The notes below the pieces were generated by a model. It had not been told where the DNA came from. It worked only from the letters and a program-made list of their open reading frames with translations, and ran no database searches. The translations under genes and the position numbers were made by a program. From positions 1 to 64,000 of IMG/VR virus record IMGVR_UViG_3300045988_162434: a DNA stretch of 64,000 nt. One strand, 5' to 3'. Numbering within the stretch: position 1 is the stretch's first letter; each line of letters begins with the position of its first letter. Shown here one piece after another: positions 25,904-35,178 of the stretch. Source of the DNA: a virus.

Positions 25904-26389
25904 GACTTAAATCATAAGTTCAATAAAACTTTCTCAGCAATAAAATCTTCTGCAAATTTTTGAGTTGACATTTTAGGTTTTTTTAACCAAAATTTTGTTT
26001 CTGTAGTTCCAAAAATAGGAAAAATATAAAAATTTTTATTATATTCTGTCATAAAATAGTCACAATCATTTTTAGTATATTTTTCATGTTTTACTCTCTG
26101 AGATTTAGAAATATCTCTAACCTCATAGCGTGTTTTCACTAAAAAACTTCGACCATTATCTTGCATACTTGCATGTTTTACTTGAATTCTAGTAAACTTT
26201 CCATTTTTCTCAATAACCAAGTCATATTTTTGATGATTTCCCATGGGAATTAAAACATTATACCCTTGTTCAATTAGAAAAAGCTGACATTGCATTTCTG
26301 TTATAAGTCCAATTTGAGAAGGATTCATTTCTATTTTCATAAATAACTCTCCTTTCTCTAAGAAAGTTTTACTATTGCTTATTTTTCAA
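25904..26389 (-). mobile_element. Intervening sequence (486 nt) splitting tRNA-Asp(GUC) between anticodon-loop positions 36 and 37; almost entirely an endonuclease ORF
   Basis: The halves give a perfect 7-bp acceptor (GGTTCTA/TAGAACC), a perfect 5-bp anticodon stem (CTCCC/GGGAG) and the canonical Asp loop CUGUC|AC. The insert ends ...GATTTAAGTC, resembling the Ser insert end TTTTAAGAGC. Confidence 0.6.
25912..26340 (-). CDS. PD-(D/E)xK-type homing endonuclease
   Basis: 142 aa. GLITEMQCQLFLIEQGYNVLIPMGNHQKYDLVIEKNGKFTRIQVK (D..E.K) is paralogous to the N-terminal domain of ORF 22239-22898. An RBS GGAGAG precedes the ATG. Confidence 0.55.
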   Translation of the reverse strand: MKIEMNPSQIGLITEMQCQLFLIEQGYNVLIPMGNHQKYDLVIEKNGKFTRIQVKHASMQDNGRSFLVKTRYEVRDISKSQRVKHEKYTKNDCDYFMTEYNKNFYIFPIFGTTETKFWLKKPKMSTQKFAEDFIAEKVLLNL

Positions 26390-26426
26390 GACAGGGGAGT
26401 ACCATATCCAGCTAGGCGATAGAACC
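26390..26426 (-). tRNA. tRNA-Asp (GUC), 5' half of a split gene
   Basis: GGTTCTA-TC-GCC..(D-loop with GG)..GGT-A-CTCCC-CTGTC. Confidence 0.6.
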
Positions 26427-26623
26427 ATAAAAATAGCAATGGAGCGCTCAAGTTTGATGAAACGAACTATTTCTCTACATCGACCATCATTAAGTTACAT
26501 TGCTAAATTCATCTATCATATAAATAGATATAGTCCGTGTACTTAGGACTGCCATTTACTTCACATTCTAAATGGTCAAAACGCAACCGAGGCTTCTGGC
26601 GCGACCAGCGTGCTGTCGGTTAA

Positions 26624-26696
26624 TAGCTATAATTGGATTTGAACCAATAACCTTTCCCGTATGAAGAGAATGCTCTACCGATTAAGCTATATAGCT
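26624..26696 (-). tRNA. tRNA-Met (anticodon CAU), second copy
   Basis: Acceptor AGCTATA/TATAGCT perfect, D-stem GCTT/GAGC, anticodon arm TTCTC-TTCATAC-GGGAA, T-arm ATTGG-TTCAAAT-CCAAT. Confidence 0.6.
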
Positions 26697-26700
26697 AAAA

Positions 26701-26773
26701 GGTGACGTGTGGGATTTGAACCCACGACGTTCGGATCCACAATCCGACGTTCTACCAACTGAACTAACGCCAC
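26701..26773 (-). tRNA. tRNA-His (anticodon GUG) with no genomically encoded G-1
   Basis: Acceptor GTGGCGT/ACGTCAC, anticodon arm TCGGA-TTGTGGA-TCCGA, T-arm GTGGG-TTCAAAT-CCCAC. The base at position -1 is T, not G. Confidence 0.65.
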
Positions 26774-26775
26774 AG

Positions 26776-26849
26776 TGATCCCGGCGGGACTCGAACCCAA
26801 GCATCTCGACCTTGAAAGGGTCGTGTCCTTACCTTTAGACGACGGGACC
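26776..26849 (-). tRNA. tRNA-Glu (anticodon UUC)
   Basis: Acceptor GGTCCCG/CGGGATC, D-stem GTCT/GGAC, anticodon arm CGACC-CTTTCAA-GGTCG (perfect). Confidence 0.6.
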
Positions 26850-26852
26850 AGA

Positions 26853-26925
26853 TGACTCCAGATAGATTCGAACTATCATCCCCTGACTGAGAATCAGGAA
26901 TCCTGAACCATTAGACGATGGAGCC
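26853..26925 (-). tRNA. tRNA-Glu (anticodon CUC)
   Basis: Acceptor GGCTCCA/TGGAGTC, anticodon arm CCTGA-TTCTCAG-TCAGG (perfect), T-arm GATAG-TTCGAAT-CTATC. Confidence 0.5.
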
Positions 26926-27052
26926 TTGAATTAGGAATTTTGACAAGATTCCTTTAACTTGGAGTCCTTATCATCCTCGAACTCTAGGAGGTTTTTGTTA
27001 CTTTTTATTAACGAGAGTTAGAACAAATTTTCCTTTCGCAGTTTCTCTCAAA

Positions 27053-27124
27053 TGGGCTGTACTGGATTCGAACCAATGCGCACCGGGCTTCAACCGGTTG
27101 CTCTTCCAACTGAGCTAACAGCCC
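27053..27124 (-). tRNA. tRNA-Phe (anticodon GAA)
   Basis: Acceptor GGGCTGT/ACAGCCC, D-arm GCTC-AGTTGGAA-GAGC, anticodon arm ACCGG-TTGAAGC-CCGGT, T-arm ATTGG-TTCGAAT-CCAGT. Confidence 0.7.
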
Positions 27125-27394
27125 TCTTTAAAGTGATCAAAATCACTTTCCATAATTACATCTCCTTTTCATTTACTATAATAATTATATCAAAATTTTT
27201 TATGAAAATCAATTAAATTGCTTTTTCTATGTATCCAAGAAGCATAACTTAGAACACATAAGGTGAGCTAGTCACGTCAACTCCACATATCTCAATCTAA
27301 CGGCATATCTTAGACATCTTTATTCATCATTTTCGTATGATAGGAGTGAGGAAAAGCTATGCTCAGCAATCTCTCCTATAACGTCTTGATACTT

Positions 27395-27477
27395 ATACCC
27401 TCAAGCTAGGGTGAGGCGGCATCGAAAGACTCGAACTTTCAACCTTCCTTTCATACGGTTATGCTACCATTACACCA
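27395..27477 (-). pseudogene. degenerate tRNA-like element
   Basis: Good T-arm GAAAG-TTCGAGT-CTTTC and a pairable acceptor (CGGCATT/GATGCCG), but no anticodon stem-loop with a 7-nt loop could be folded. Confidence 0.3.
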
Positions 27478-27589
27478 ATGCCGCAAATGCACTTATTGCA
27501 GTAAGTACATCGAGTTATTTTGGCTTTTTCGTATAATATACTGCAATATACCATTAACTAATATCAACCAAACAAGTCCTTCAGTTGGC

Positions 27590-27640
27590 ACACCATGCGC
27601 TAGTAGGAGGGAATCGAACCCTAGCAACCTTCTCTTATAA
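27590..27640 (-). pseudogene. tRNA 3'-fragment-like element (T-arm only)
   Basis: The sequence GGAGGGAATCGAACCCTAG is the reverse complement of a T-arm. No complementary 5' acceptor was found nearby. Confidence 0.25.
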
Positions 27641-27799
27641 CTCTACCAAACTCCTCGTCGTTGGCAGACCACACTTACTTTTACACCAGAGGTTTAGTGA
27701 TGCCCCTCTATCATCAATGGCTAACTTTGTTTTTACATCGGAAGGTTCCGCCGCACCCACCATCAATACTCATTAACAGTAAAACCTGTTTAGAGTAAG

Positions 27800-27872
27800 C
27801 TCCCACAGCAGGGCTCGAACCTGCGACAGGCAGATTAACAATCTGCAACTCTACCAACTGAGCTATGTGGGA
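27800..27872 (-). tRNA. tRNA-Asn (anticodon GUU)
   Basis: Acceptor TCCCACA/TGTGGGA perfect, D-arm GCTC-AGTTGGTA-GAGT, anticodon arm GCAGA-TTGTTAA-TCTGC, T-arm GCAGG-TTCGAGC-CCTGC. Confidence 0.7.
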
Positions 27873-28099
27873 ATATTAAAGAGAGCAACCTCGAAGGGAA
27901 AATCTAGGAAGATTTCACACTCTCACGCGATAATTATTTCTCAGATTTTTTATATAGGCGATCACTGAGAAAAGAACAAATTATCAACGATTTTTATTTT
28001 TCGCCCTCTAAAAGACCGCGATTTGTTACTACAACTTATTGTCGCTTTTGCCCAGATAGGTTAGTAAGTTGCCACTACGCACATCCTATCAAACGTTAA

Positions 28100-28171
28100 T
28101 TCCGATTATGTGAATCGAACACATATTACCGGGTTACAAAGCCGGGGTTCTAGCCTTTGAACTAAATCGGA
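28100..28171 (-). tRNA. tRNA-Thr (anticodon UGU)
   Basis: Acceptor TCCGATT/AATCGGA perfect, D-stem GTTC/GAAC, anticodon loop TTTGTAA flanked by CCGG/CCGG, T-arm ATGTG-TTCGATT-CACAT. Confidence 0.6.
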
Positions 28172-28481
28172 TTATTTTCTCTATAAATATTATATCATAA
28201 ATTTTTTATTTTTTCAAGTAGGTATTTTATTATCAAAAAACTTTTATTTTCTTTAATAACTCCTTACCAACTTTCTATAATAATTATATCAAAAATTTTA
28301 TTATTTTTCAAATGATTTTATTTTGCTCCAATAGAACCATCTCTATACAAACGATATGTTAAAATATCTCCGCCTATACAGCCTACAATTTCAATATAGT
28401 CTGGAGTAAGATGCCTTTCAATCTCATAATCAAAGCGATTAAGAGAAAATTCGTTTGCATGAACTCTTAACTCTGCGTCTG

Positions 28482-28775
28482 TCATACTTCATAGTTAACC
28501 TCCCTTGCCTTAGCATTGATAAAATTCTTATATAATCTCATTTTTGCTTGAGATTTCCATGCCCAACCAACAAAAGAACCATCTTCTTTACCATAAACTT
28601 TATCTGGCTTAAATTCTGTAATTAAAAATTTAATAAACTCTGCTGGTGTCATATTTAATATGCGGGCTGGCACTACCCAGAGCTGAGTATCCCAATTATG
28701 TGAACCTGAATGTTCACAATACCACATGATACCATTTGTCCATTCTTCACATCTGTATAGTGCCATACCTTTCAC
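28482..28775 (-). CDS. hypothetical protein
   Basis: 97-aa ORF. Confidence 0.3.
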   Translation of the reverse strand: MKGMALYRCEEWTNGIMWYCEHSGSHNWDTQLWVVPARILNMTPAEFIKFLITEFKPDKVYGKEDGSFVGWAWKSQAKMRLYKNFINAKAREVNYEV

Positions 28776-28781
28776 TCCTTA

Positions 28782-29135
28782 CTACATTGTAATAGTAATT
28801 CCTAATTCACCAAGCAAATTTGCCACATCCTTCTGCTCTGTCGCGGAAGCCTGCGTTACTGGCACATCTGCCTTAGATACGCTTCCACCACTAGGCTGCG
28901 TTGCCGCGATCGTATCAAAAGCATTTGTTGGAAGAGCATCTTCATCACCACTTGTAACCGCAGTTTTTGCACATGTTAATGTCAACTTAATCTGTACTGG
29001 CTCACCATTCTCTACTGTATTTACTCTAACCTCTTTACCATCATTGTAGAGAAATGCATTATCGCCAAATGCTTCAATAATCTTTGCCGCTACTTCCAGC
29101 TTTGCAACTTGTCCCTTTGCCATTTTTCTTTCCAC
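28782..29135 (-). CDS. hypothetical protein
   Basis: 117-aa ORF; an RBS AAGGTGGAAAG precedes the ATG. Confidence 0.35.
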   Translation of the reverse strand: MERKMAKGQVAKLEVAAKIIEAFGDNAFLYNDGKEVRVNTVENGEPVQIKLTLTCAKTAVTSGDEDALPTNAFDTIAATQPSGGSVSKADVPVTQASATEQKDVANLLGELGITITM

Positions 29136-29156
29136 CTTTCTTAACTTTCTATAATA

Positions 29157-29165
29157 ATTATATCA
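29157..29165 (-). promoter_or_regulatory. extended -10 promoter (TGATATAAT) with no -35; an example of the middle/late promoter class
   Basis: The motif (A/T-rich)TTTTTGATATAATTATTATAGAAAG (reverse complement of plus-strand ...CTATAATAATTATATCAAAAAT) recurs upstream of many minus-strand genes. Examples lie near 7225, 7630, 8165, 27190, 28215, 28285, 29690, 34235, 35125, 36700, 38425, 42270 and 56270. Confidence 0.55.
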
Positions 29166-29186
29166 AAAATATTTATAAAAATCAAT

Positions 29187-29657
29187 TTAACAAATATGAT
29201 TTAACTTATAAAATCTCATAATTGCTTTCTGAAGTTCCTCCCAAAACTTTGCTAAAATAGCAGTATGGGATTCTGCATACTGCACCGCCCAACCGGTTGC
29301 CGCGCGTTCATCTGGACACTCATAGTAAAGCTCTTCAGATACGCCGCCGTTAGAGACAAAAAGTTTAATAATTTCAGAATCAGCTAAATCAGTATCAGAG
29401 AGTTCGTCTATTGTTTCATGGTGTCCAATTTCGTGCAAGATACTCCACAAAAAGATATCACACTTAACCCTAGGTTTGAAAAACTCAACCGACCGCATAA
29501 AATCAGCATTGTTCTTCTCTGAAACAACAAGAGAATAAGTAATTTTATTACTCAAGGGATAATATGCAAAATCGCCATCTTCTTCAATAGACAATTCTTC
29601 ATCTATTGTTTTAACAAAATCATTTAATAATTTAGTTATCTTTGACAAGCCTTTCAT
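29187..29657 (-). CDS. putative zinc metallopeptidase (HExxH)
   Basis: 156 aa with ILHEIGHHE. Confidence 0.35.
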   Translation of the reverse strand: MKGLSKITKLLNDFVKTIDEELSIEEDGDFAYYPLSNKITYSLVVSEKNNADFMRSVEFFKPRVKCDIFLWSILHEIGHHETIDELSDTDLADSEIIKLFVSNGGVSEELYYECPDERAATGWAVQYAESHTAILAKFWEELQKAIMRFYKLNHIC

Positions 29658-29720
29658 ATTTATCCCTTCCTCTCTTAACTTTCTATATATATTATATCAA
29701 AAAAATTAAAAATAATCAAT

Positions 29721-30578
29721 TTAATCAATATCTTCTTCGTGAAGTTTTTTACAAGAATGGCATACATTATATGTAAAAGGTATCTTTGTTGGTCCATATA
29801 TTGAAGTAATTTGATCATATTCTCCAGGATAGCATAATCTTCCGCAAGAGCATCTAATTATTCTATTATCTTTTGTTGCTGGAACATATATATAAGTATT
29901 GCTGTTTTTTGAACGTAAGATATTTATAACTTTAGTTATAGTATCATCTGCTTCAAAGAGATCCCAATATTCAGCTTTTGTATGCTCATTGTAATAACCA
30001 ACAGATAGATTTACTGCGGCAATATTCCAATTTTGACCTAAGATACAAATATCTGTAAAGCTGCCTTCTTCAAAAGTAAAACCAAAACTGCAAATATAAT
30101 CAATAAAAGAAAGATTCATACAATTATAGAATACTGCGTCTTCACTTCCGCACCTATCTAATTCAATCATAAAATCAATATTAAAAGGTACTTCATTATA
30201 ATCTTTTACTAATTTGTTTGCTCCAATGCCACCATGTTCTTCTCCTGTTGTAAAGATGAGATGTGGTCTATACCCCTCCGACAAAATTGATAAAATAAGA
30301 ATTACGCCAGCTCGATCGTCTGCGCCTAAACCTTGGGGTGACCACATGACCATTTCTTTTTCATCATAAAAAAACTGGAAAGGTTCTACTACATGAACAG
30401 TATCTAAGTGGGCAACAAGAGCAATAGGAACATCACCCTCCGCAATAAGATAATTTTTGTTATCCGTTATTTGGTTTTCATAACCAAATTGTGATAATAA
30501 CAATTTCAGATAAGCGAGTAAAGAGCTACCTTTTACAGGATAACTAAAAATATATTGCATAAAACCTTTATTTACCAT
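29721..30578 (-). CDS. M20/M28/M42-like metallopeptidase-domain protein with a C-terminal zinc ribbon
   Basis: 285 aa. LVAHLDTV, GADDRAGV and TTGEEHGG resemble the metal-ligand motifs of these aminopeptidase families. The C-terminus carries CSCGRLC...CHSCKK. Confidence 0.4.
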   Translation of the reverse strand: MVNKGFMQYIFSYPVKGSSLLAYLKLLLSQFGYENQITDNKNYLIAEGDVPIALVAHLDTVHVVEPFQFFYDEKEMVMWSPQGLGADDRAGVILILSILSEGYRPHLIFTTGEEHGGIGANKLVKDYNEVPFNIDFMIELDRCGSEDAVFYNCMNLSFIDYICSFGFTFEEGSFTDICILGQNWNIAAVNLSVGYYNEHTKAEYWDLFEADDTITKVINILRSKNSNTYIYVPATKDNRIIRCSCGRLCYPGEYDQITSIYGPTKIPFTYNVCHSCKKLHEEDID

Positions 30579-31386
30579 CAGGTGGCACCTCCTTTGTTGT
30601 AACCTTGATTCCAGATTTTTCTAACGTTTTAGCTAAAGTCATATAATGGTCACAAGAGTCACACAAGCCTAAATCGCAGCGTCTTTGACAATCAATTCTA
30701 AATTTTGCAAATGATGGAGCGATAGTAATATTGGAAACATCCTCTGTATATCCATCAATAATATCACTTAATTTACCTTCCCATTTACCACTATTATAAA
30801 TCTTATAAAGAACATTCTGTTTTTCTAATAATTCATAATAATCGTTCTTATAGAACTCAATGGTGTCAATATAATCCTCATAAATTGAGACATCTTCTGG
30901 TCTAATGAAGAACTTTTCATACGGTGGAATTGTATTATATTCATCCTCCTCAATATAATTAGCAATACATCTAATTTTAATATTTCTTTTATCACAATAA
31001 GTCTTTAATCTTTCAAGATCAAAACATAAATAATCTCTAATAAGAATCTCTGAAATACCCATTTTTGATAATTCTCTTACCTCATGCCAACTGGTTATAG
31101 GTCTTGCATATGAGAATTTTAATTTATTGCTATTTTTATAAATACATTCTATATCAGTTGTCTTAAAAAGAATATTTGGATGTATCGCGGCTGCCGCCTT
31201 AAAAATCTCCATCTCATCATCTGAAATCTCTTCATCAAGAATATTTACAACCAATTTCTGAGATTCCTTTAATACGTTTTTACAAAAATCCAACAACCGG
31301 TTATCTGATGTATACATAATTTCAATTTCAACATTATCGTTATCAAAATAACGAAACTTATTTGTATATTTGATACAATAGTTCAT
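30568..31386 (-). CDS. hypothetical protein
   Basis: 272-aa ORF with a C-terminal CDLGLCDSCDH. Confidence 0.3.
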   Translation of the reverse strand: MNYCIKYTNKFRYFDNDNVEIEIMYTSDNRLLDFCKNVLKESQKLVVNILDEEISDDEMEIFKAAAAIHPNILFKTTDIECIYKNSNKLKFSYARPITSWHEVRELSKMGISEILIRDYLCFDLERLKTYCDKRNIKIRCIANYIEEDEYNTIPPYEKFFIRPEDVSIYEDYIDTIEFYKNDYYELLEKQNVLYKIYNSGKWEGKLSDIIDGYTEDVSNITIAPSFAKFRIDCQRRCDLGLCDSCDHYMTLAKTLEKSGIKVTTKEVPPDGK

Positions 31387-31471
31387 AATTTAACAACTCC
31401 TTTTCTATTTTCTATTGTTATTATATCATAAAAAAAATAGGAAGTCAATTCGACTTCCTATTTTAGTCTAA

Positions 31472-31894
31472 TTACTCTGGTGAGCCATCCTCTGAAGACT
31501 CATCCTCATCTACTGTAGCCAAGCGGTATCCCTTAACCTTACGCTTCCCATCTTCAACATCATCCTTAATAGCAACTCCAGCCTTTACAAGCTGTGACAG
31601 TCTAGCCTGCACCTTTGCTCTTGTAATTTCTTCGCCCTCAATCTGAGAAGTGATAGCATCAATAGTCTGAAGCTCATCTGTGAGAACAGCCTCTACCTGG
31701 GCTCTGAGCTCGTCACCAGCCGCGCGCTTCTTTGCTGCGCTCTTCTTTGCGGACTCTGCTTTCTTATCCAGCTCCGCAATTCTTGCGTTAATGAACGCCT
31801 GAACATCAGCAACTGCAACTCCATCAACGGATTCCATTGATGCGATAGCGTTTGAAATTGCGTTAAAATAGTCTCTCTTAGTCATCTTTTCCAT
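31472..31894 (-). CDS. hypothetical protein, distant paralog of early proteins 43297-43695 and 45853-46224
   Basis: 140 aa. N-terminus ...DVQAFINARIAELDKKAESAKK, compare EERIAALDKKSANRKPSK. Confidence 0.3.
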   Translation of the reverse strand: MEKMTKRDYFNAISNAIASMESVDGVAVADVQAFINARIAELDKKAESAKKSAAKKRAAGDELRAQVEAVLTDELQTIDAITSQIEGEEITRAKVQARLSQLVKAGVAIKDDVEDGKRKVKGYRLATVDEDESSEDGSPE

Positions 31895-32042
31895 AGTATT
31901 TTTCTCCTTTTTTCTTTTTGTTTTGTTTTTATCTCTTTTGTATGTATATATTATACTACTATTTTTTTAGAAAATCAACTGTTTAATAACTAAACACGAA
32001 GAATTTTCTTAAAACTTTTTCTTGTTAGTGAATGTAGTTGCT

Positions 32043-33983
32043 TTATAAGATCCTTCTTAAAACTTTTGTTTGTTTTCCAAAAATGTTGGTAAATGTAGCT
32101 GCTTTATAAGACCCTTCTTTTCCTGGATATACTTCACTAAACTGAGATTCTGTTGTAAAGATAATTGGTGGTATGTTATAAAGATCTGACTTTTTTTTAA
32201 CAATGATAAATTTTTTATTTTCAAGAGCTTCTTCATAACAACTTTTGCAACAAGGAACAAAATAAAGATTGTCGTCCTCATAAATTTTTTCATCAATTAA
32301 AAGCCCATTAGGAGAATAATTATCTTTTTCAAATTTATCTTTTTCTTCTTCAAATGTTTTTATCTTATCATCTTTAATTACAAAGATTTTTAAACGATAG
32401 TATTTCCTTTTGCTTTTGTTATAATAGAAATCACATACTCGAAGTCCTTCTCTTTCTACATAATTTTTATTACAAATAGGACAAGAAATAATAGAGGAAC
32501 CACAATCTTTACAAAAAGTCTGTTCCTTTCCATCATATGTAATTTTTACAATATTTGTTCCTGCAAAAGAGCCACAGTTAGGACAAACAGCCAAGTCTTC
32601 ACATTCCTTACAAAGAGTAGAAGCTACATTTTTATAATTATGAAATCCTTCATCAAATCCTATGTACTTTAAGATATCTGTCTTCCCGCAGCACATACAC
32701 TCAGACTTGCCAGAATAAGAAATAAGCTTTTTAGTCTTAACTTTATTTCTATAACACCAATATTCATAATTATCTATATTGTGAAGCATGTCATTATACA
32801 TACCGTTTGATTTAAAGTAAATGTTTTTTCTTAAATCTTTACTTTTGTTTGCAATACTATTAGACACGTCATCTAAGTAACAATCTGTCATTATATGGTC
32901 CATATCTTTGTAAAGTTCTGGTCCAAACTCGTATGTATATCCCATGTTTTCTTTAGCCAACTCTTTGATTTTATCAATAACTGCAATATTAGTTTCTTTA
33001 CTACAATATGGATAAGCCTTGTTTGCTACAATAATCTCTTTAGTTGCCATAACGAGTCCGCGCCATTTTTTATCATTCCATTCATAATCGCCGAATGAAA
33101 AGCCTGTATCTTCTTTTTTTGAAGTATAGTAAACACAAAATACATTATTTGAGTTCATCATTTCAATAGTACCAATTCGATAGCACCCTTGTTCTTTCCA
33201 AGACATACAACTCTTCCACTTCGAGGCATTATCACTCATAGTCATAAAATCAAGAGGATGGATAGAAATAGTTAAATAACCTTTCTTCTTATCGTTTAAC
33301 CAAGTAGAATATAAAATACGGGCATCTTCAAACTCTTTATCTGTGACTGCATTTGGAAAAATCTGATGAAGCTTTTTTAAAGTTTTCCAAATTTTTTCTC
33401 CATTTTGAAACTGATACTTTTTGCCATCCGCTGTAATAGTAATTTTTTTGCAATAATCTATATCAAGAATCCCATTTACAAAATGGTGTTCTGAAAAGAT
33501 CAAGTCAATAAAACTTCTTAATTTATCTCTAACTTTTATTTCTTCAGTTGCTCTTGCACCGCTAAAACAATAACACCAAGAAGGTAAAGTAGATAAAGAC
33601 TCTTTATTTTCTTCTGCAACCTTTTGAAAATATTTATCTTTTCCATTAGATTCTTTATAGTATTCTCTAAATTTGTTATAGATATTGCGAAGAGCATTGT
33701 CATACTTAGGGTCATAAGTGTTATAACCACTAAAAGTTCTATATATTTTTTTTGAGATCTCTTCTCTAAGAATAGCTTCGTTTACAAAAGGAAACTGAAC
33801 TCGCAAAGAGTTACCCAACCAATGATATAACTTAGTCTTGTTCTTTGCCCAAACTGAGAGCAGCTCATCAACAGACTTTCTTTCCAAACCAAATGAGCCA
33901 TATAAATCAATATATGCGCCAATCTTTTCTTTATCTTCAGTTGTAAGTTCATCTAATAAATTCAACATTAAAATTCCCTCCAT
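32043..33983 (-). CDS. large hypothetical protein with C-terminal cysteine clusters
   Basis: 646-aa ORF. Confidence 0.3.
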   Translation of the reverse strand: MEGILMLNLLDELTTEDKEKIGAYIDLYGSFGLERKSVDELLSVWAKNKTKLYHWLGNSLRVQFPFVNEAILREEISKKIYRTFSGYNTYDPKYDNALRNIYNKFREYYKESNGKDKYFQKVAEENKESLSTLPSWCYCFSGARATEEIKVRDKLRSFIDLIFSEHHFVNGILDIDYCKKITITADGKKYQFQNGEKIWKTLKKLHQIFPNAVTDKEFEDARILYSTWLNDKKKGYLTISIHPLDFMTMSDNASKWKSCMSWKEQGCYRIGTIEMMNSNNVFCVYYTSKKEDTGFSFGDYEWNDKKWRGLVMATKEIIVANKAYPYCSKETNIAVIDKIKELAKENMGYTYEFGPELYKDMDHIMTDCYLDDVSNSIANKSKDLRKNIYFKSNGMYNDMLHNIDNYEYWCYRNKVKTKKLISYSGKSECMCCGKTDILKYIGFDEGFHNYKNVASTLCKECEDLAVCPNCGSFAGTNIVKITYDGKEQTFCKDCGSSIISCPICNKNYVEREGLRVCDFYYNKSKRKYYRLKIFVIKDDKIKTFEEEKDKFEKDNYSPNGLLIDEKIYEDDNLYFVPCCKSCYEEALENKKFIIVKKKSDLYNIPPIIFTTESQFSEVYPGKEGSYKAATFTNIFGKQTKVLRRIL

Positions 33984-34213
33984 TTGATTCTTCTACCGCA
34001 ATAAGGACAAATTGTTGGATTAGTCTTAATCACACGCGCGGAACAACATCCCGGTTCATACATATCTCCCCAGCTAGACCGCCATTCACAAAACTCTTTT
34101 TCCTTATCTTTTTCAGTCTGCATAATCATCGCATCCAAACCATTTAATCTACCATCATACTTTGGACTGGTGATAAATGAACTGCCAATATTCATATCAA
34201 ACATTATCATCAA
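33968..34213 (-). CDS. zinc-ribbon protein
   Basis: 81 aa with ICPYCGRRI. Confidence 0.3.
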   Translation of the reverse strand: MMIMFDMNIGSSFITSPKYDGRLNGLDAMIMQTEKDKEKEFCEWRSSWGDMYEPGCCSARVIKTNPTICPYCGRRIKWREF

Positions 34214-34304
34214 CTTCCTTTCCTTTTCATTTACTATAATAATTATATCAAAAATTTATATAAAAATAAAGCAACAGACTTAAAGCTAAGTCTGTTGCAT
34301 ATAT

Positions 34305-34958
34305 TTATGCTTCTTTTACGATGCATCTTGTTAAAAGCACCTGACAATTTCCATTATATTCATTATGTTCTTTAACTGTACCTATTAAAGTGACATAATC
34401 ATTTTTAATATCCAATTTTTTAGAAGTAAACCAAGTAAATAAATATTTGTCGTCTGCAACAAAAGAATAGATATATGAAGTACCATATCTACCGTTGAAT
34501 GAATTGGACTTTTCAAGTTTACACTTAATTTCAACGCGGTCGCCGCATTCGCAATCATAAAATTGGGTATATGTTTTAATATACTTTGACTTCAATTCCT
34601 TCATAAAGTCAATACAACCTGCCTTAAAACCATATCTAAGCTGCTGATAGTTCTTTGGTATTGTGCCGCCACAGGCAGCCCGCAACTCATCCAAAGTAGT
34701 CTCAACCGCAACATCATTAAATTCAACCTTGCAACAATGATACTCTTCTGGAAGTTCAACTAGAGTTGGTCCATGCCAACCAAGCACTTTATTGTATTTA
34801 TATCCCTGCGCTTTAAGTTCATCCTTGATTGAATAGGTGTTTTCTCCAATTATAACATATGTTTCTCTTGTTTTTGGATCAAAGCCATTCTTTTCAAACC
34901 AGTTGTTCTCCATATTATCTGACCTCCTCATCGCAACCATCTGCATCATAATATTCAA
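34305..34958 (-). CDS. hypothetical protein
   Basis: 217-aa ORF. Confidence 0.3.
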   Translation of the reverse strand: MNIMMQMVAMRRSDNMENNWFEKNGFDPKTRETYVIIGENTYSIKDELKAQGYKYNKVLGWHGPTLVELPEEYHCCKVEFNDVAVETTLDELRAACGGTIPKNYQQLRYGFKAGCIDFMKELKSKYIKTYTQFYDCECGDRVEIKCKLEKSNSFNGRYGTSYIYSFVADDKYLFTWFTSKKLDIKNDYVTLIGTVKEHNEYNGNCQVLLTRCIVKEA

Positions 34959-35178
34959 CTTCTTCGTTAATTATTACGCCAGGTCCATACCCTTCTACTG
35001 CAATGCAAGATCCAACCTCTCCAAGCATTGCTTCTGTGGTAATTTTCTTCATCATTTTGAAATCTGAAAGATAAACTGAATAAGTAAACATAAACATAAT
35101 TATCAACTTCCTTTCCTTATTTTCTATATATATTATATAATAATTTTTATAAAAAATAAAGAGAGTTATTACAACTCT

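Noticed and set aside
25904-26389. Canonical self-splicing group I (or group II) intron in tRNA-Asp, and likewise in tRNA-Ser (22225-22923)
   Set aside because: The exon-insert boundaries lack the U(-1) and terminal omega-G of group I introns and the GUGYG...AY of group II introns. Only about 45 nt plus 6 nt of the insert lie outside the endonuclease ORF, too little for a P1-P9 core. I therefore report them as non-canonical intervening elements rather than calling them group I introns.
27395-27477. Counting this element and the 27590-27640 fragment as functional tRNAs
   Set aside because: A T-arm is present, but no 7-nt anticodon loop with a 5-bp stem, and for the second no 5' acceptor partner, could be folded by hand. 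They are listed only as degenerate or pseudo-tRNA elements pending tRNAscan-SE.
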